Shown: positions 61,286-64,000 of the stretch, one piece after another | How positions within the stretch are numbered: the first letter of the stretch is position 1 | How the letters are laid out: each line of letters opens with the position of its first letter | Source: Antedon mediterranea | Taxonomy: Eukaryota; Animalia; Echinodermata | Assembly: GCF_964355755.1 (NCBI RefSeq) | Contig: NC_092677.1 | Location: 5,788,101 to 5,852,100, forward strand | DNA length: 64,000 nucleotides | Direction of reading: 5' to 3' | Program-made: the position numbers and the translations under genes | Notes under the pieces: model-generated | Databases searched by the model: none | Told to the model about the DNA's origin: nothing | Seen by the model: the letters and a program-made list of their open reading frames with translations, nothing else

Positions 61286-62067
61286 TAATGGTGTACTTAT
61301 CAACGGTAAAATGATACACTTTTACTTTCACTCTATAATGAATCATTTATATTTTTCTTACAGAAAAGACGAGTAAAAGAAATCCATACTAATCATAAAA
61401 GTCACCAATATCAAGACCTGCAATTTGTTTCCAGTCCCGCTATTTACAATACAACGATATATCCTATAACAGACGACAACGTTGCTACCAATCAATACGC
61501 TGACAAAATGTCGTATACGCCGTGTCCTAAGCCTAACGTTGATTATCAGAATGTGACGAACTAGTCTAACTTGCTTATTACTTTTTATTAGAGAATCGGG
61601 GGTGGGGGAGGGGTGTTTTTTATATAATGTATAATTGTATATATAACTAGAAAATCAAATTCTTTAAATTAATACAGGCTATAATATACACACATTTAAC
61701 AAAAGCTTTTTTTCCTTAAGAAATATCGTTTAAGCATAATACATGCTCAAGGAATAATTGATTGTTTGTTTGAAATAATATAATTATGAAACATGTAATC
61801 AAGAAAACAAATATATAAATTTGATTAACTTTAGCCTTGCTCCAGTTGATACTGTAAAGCTTCATTATCAAACTTTATGTGACAGAAAATGTGATGTGCA
61901 TGCATGGATATTATAATGTCTTATCACTACGATATTTGGGCATGTCACTACCATATTTGGGCTCATCGCATACTTTTTTGACAAACTAGTTTGATAGTGT
62001 AGACAGGGCATAAAACAAACTAACGTGTATTAGAATGTTCGTCAAAACACATGCGTTTTGTATGGTG

Positions 62068-62460
62068 CCGGATGGCGTAATTTTTTTTTCCAGGACGAAC
62101 GTGGGCAGAAATCATGAATAATTCATGATTAATTATGACATAATAGGGAACATTATAGAGGGCGCTGTATAAGAATGCCGAGAGATTAAAAAATTAGTGT
62201 AAACAACGTTTGCCAACCGAAATGTTTGGTCTAGTGGTAAAGGCTTTAACATATTACGCTGAAGCACTCGGTTCGAGGTCTTTCATGAACTTGTTTTTTT
62301 TTAATAGTTGAGAGAGATTATTTAGAGGGTTAGGTTTAGTATATTTAGGAAGTAGATCAGCTATCTTTCAATTCTTTATAATAGAAAATAATTATTAAGG
62401 TAATGAATTATTCATGACTTCTGCCCACGTTCGACCTGGAAAAAAAAAACACGCTGCCGG
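62068..62460. mobile_element. MITE with ~60-bp imperfect TIRs
   Basis: TTTTTTTTCCAGG.CGAACGTGGGCAGAA.TCATGAATAATTCAT is inverted at both ends. The element is absent from the paralogous site at ~46489. Confidence 0.75.
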
Positions 62461-62859
62461 CCCCAATGTGTTCTCACTTTAATTGCATACGAAGTAGTAT
62501 ATCAATATTAAATCTTACATTCCTATTTTAAACTATAAACAGCATGACGACCATATTTTGTATGGCAACATTATGCCATTATGTGCTTAGAAAAGCGTTG
62601 GCTATACATTTTCAAGTTTAGTCTAGCTTTCATTTGTCTGTGTGTTAATAATGTATACATAATCATAAATATAAAGATGTCGGTGTTACTAATTAATATC
62701 ATTTACCTAATAAAAGCAAATATCACATTGAAAATTTGCAATATTTATAACCTTTTACCATTACGGTGCATTTTTATCATTACTTTTGATATGGGAGTTT
62801 TAAGAATTTCCAGTTACCAAGACTTACCAAGAGGGCGACATTAAAAACTGGTCTTTATA

Positions 62860-64000
62860 ATATTTTATTTATTTTTTTTTTTATTTTATTCAGTTGTCAA
62901 CCAACAGCGATGGAACCGCCACTAACAGGTTGAATCTAAACATAATAAATACAAAATGTATTCAAATAAACAACACAAACGTAAACAAAGATAACAACAT
63001 TAAAGAGATTAAACAATTTTACCCTTAAATACATTTAAACTATCATATAAATCAATATCCAAACAAGTAACCTATTAAATGTGTTAGGTAACCGCTGAAA
63101 GATACCTCGTTTTGTGCATTCAACACGACCACAAGGAACGTGAAGCAAACACTTGCTGCGAGTACGAGTTGGTATATTCAACTTAAACAAAGCAACAAGA
63201 GGACAATCATAAACGGAATTGAATGAGTTGTATAAAAAAAAAACTCAAAAACAACTCTACGATTTTCAAGAGAAATAAGAGAAACATAAAAATTAGGACA
63301 AGTGCGAGCAAGGAATCTAATGAATTTGTTCTGAACATTATAAATACGCTGAGATTGAGTACAAGAAATTGAATTTAAAATGACTGAACAGTATTCCAGG
63401 TGGGGGCACACGACTGAACGGTACAATGATGTTAATGCTCCACCATTGCCCATGAATCTACAGTTCCTCCATAACAAACCCAGCATTCTATTTGCCTTAC
63501 ATACAACATAATTAACATGTAAACAAAAATTTAACTTACTATCAATTAAAACTCCTAAATCCCTTTGAGAATTAACACAATCTAATTCCTGATCATTCAA
63601 CTTATATTTGGTTATAATAGGCTTTGTTTTCAGAGTGATACACAAAGATTTACATTTGCTTATTTTTAAAGAAAGTTTCCATGTCTCAGCCCATCCCACA
63701 AGAGAATCCAGATCCTCTTGCAGCAGATGAGCGTCGTCAGGTGAAGAGATTACTTTAAACAACTTTTAAGGTCATCAGCAAACAGAAGTGATTGTGAAAA
63801 CTTAAAAACAGAAGGAAGGTCATTAATATACAAATTAAAAAGCAAGGGGCCAATAATTGACCCCTGCGGAACCCCATAAAGTACAGGAAGCCACTCAGAA
63901 CAGTTTCCACTGATGACTACCCTCTGCTTCCTGTCAGTCAAATAATCCGAAAACCATTTAAGAAGATTGCCTTTTAAACCAAACTTTGAAATCTTAAAAA
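62860..64000 (-). mobile_element. Degenerate CR1/L2-group LINE 3' part (RT with frameshifts), running off the window
   Basis: GVPQGSIIGPLLF...FADDLK (63750..63941) is frameshifted into LQEDLD...RDLGVLID...LEYCS (63178..63762). An A-rich tail lies near 62860-62890 on the minus strand. Confidence 0.88.

Larger units (their letters stand above)
50230..61564 (+). pseudogene. Gene 8: SP-V-C-C-V-C-TM-tail receptor disrupted by a DIRS insertion in V1 and a 2-bp deletion in the last C exon
   Basis: SP 50230-50278, V1 50497-50536 plus 55902-56155 (294 nt, in frame once the element is removed), C 57438-57737, C 57965-58282, V 58849-59148, C 59667-59967 (frameshift ~59912), TM 60146-60261, tail 61364-61564 (...YQDLQFVSSPAIYNTT...VDYQNVTN*). 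Confidence 0.85.

Noticed and set aside
62225-62285. tRNA-like A and B boxes (GGTCTAGTGGTAAAG...GGTTCGAG) inside a MITE
   Set aside because: The stems do not pair convincingly; at most a degenerate tRNA or SINE fragment.

Overview
AT-rich, intron-containing animal (invertebrate) genomic DNA. An echinoderm-like deuterostome is my guess from composition and repeat content; this is inference only. The window is dominated by a tandem cluster of paralogous immunoglobulin-superfamily type-I receptor genes: eight units on + (10.1-61.6 kb) and one divergent partial gene on - (0.9-1.5 kb). I reconstructed them exon by exon from GT/AG splice sites and reading phase. The layout is signal-peptide exon, phase-1 V-like and C2/I-like Ig exons, TM exon, and a cytoplasmic exon carrying ITAM (YxxL-x8-YxxL) and/or ITIM-like motifs. 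Three units look intact (genes 1, 5, 7). The others show birth-and-death lesions: a premature stop, a chimeric exon, a GC donor, exon deletions that predict a secreted V-only form, an orphan tail, frameshifts, and a fresh intact DIRS retrotransposon inside a V exon. Also present are three LINE copies, a tRNA-derived SINE split by two nested insertions, Harbinger and hAT MITEs, and Helentron/DINE-like repeats. No prokaryotic features, rRNA or CRISPR were seen. All gene models are manual predictions without transcript support.
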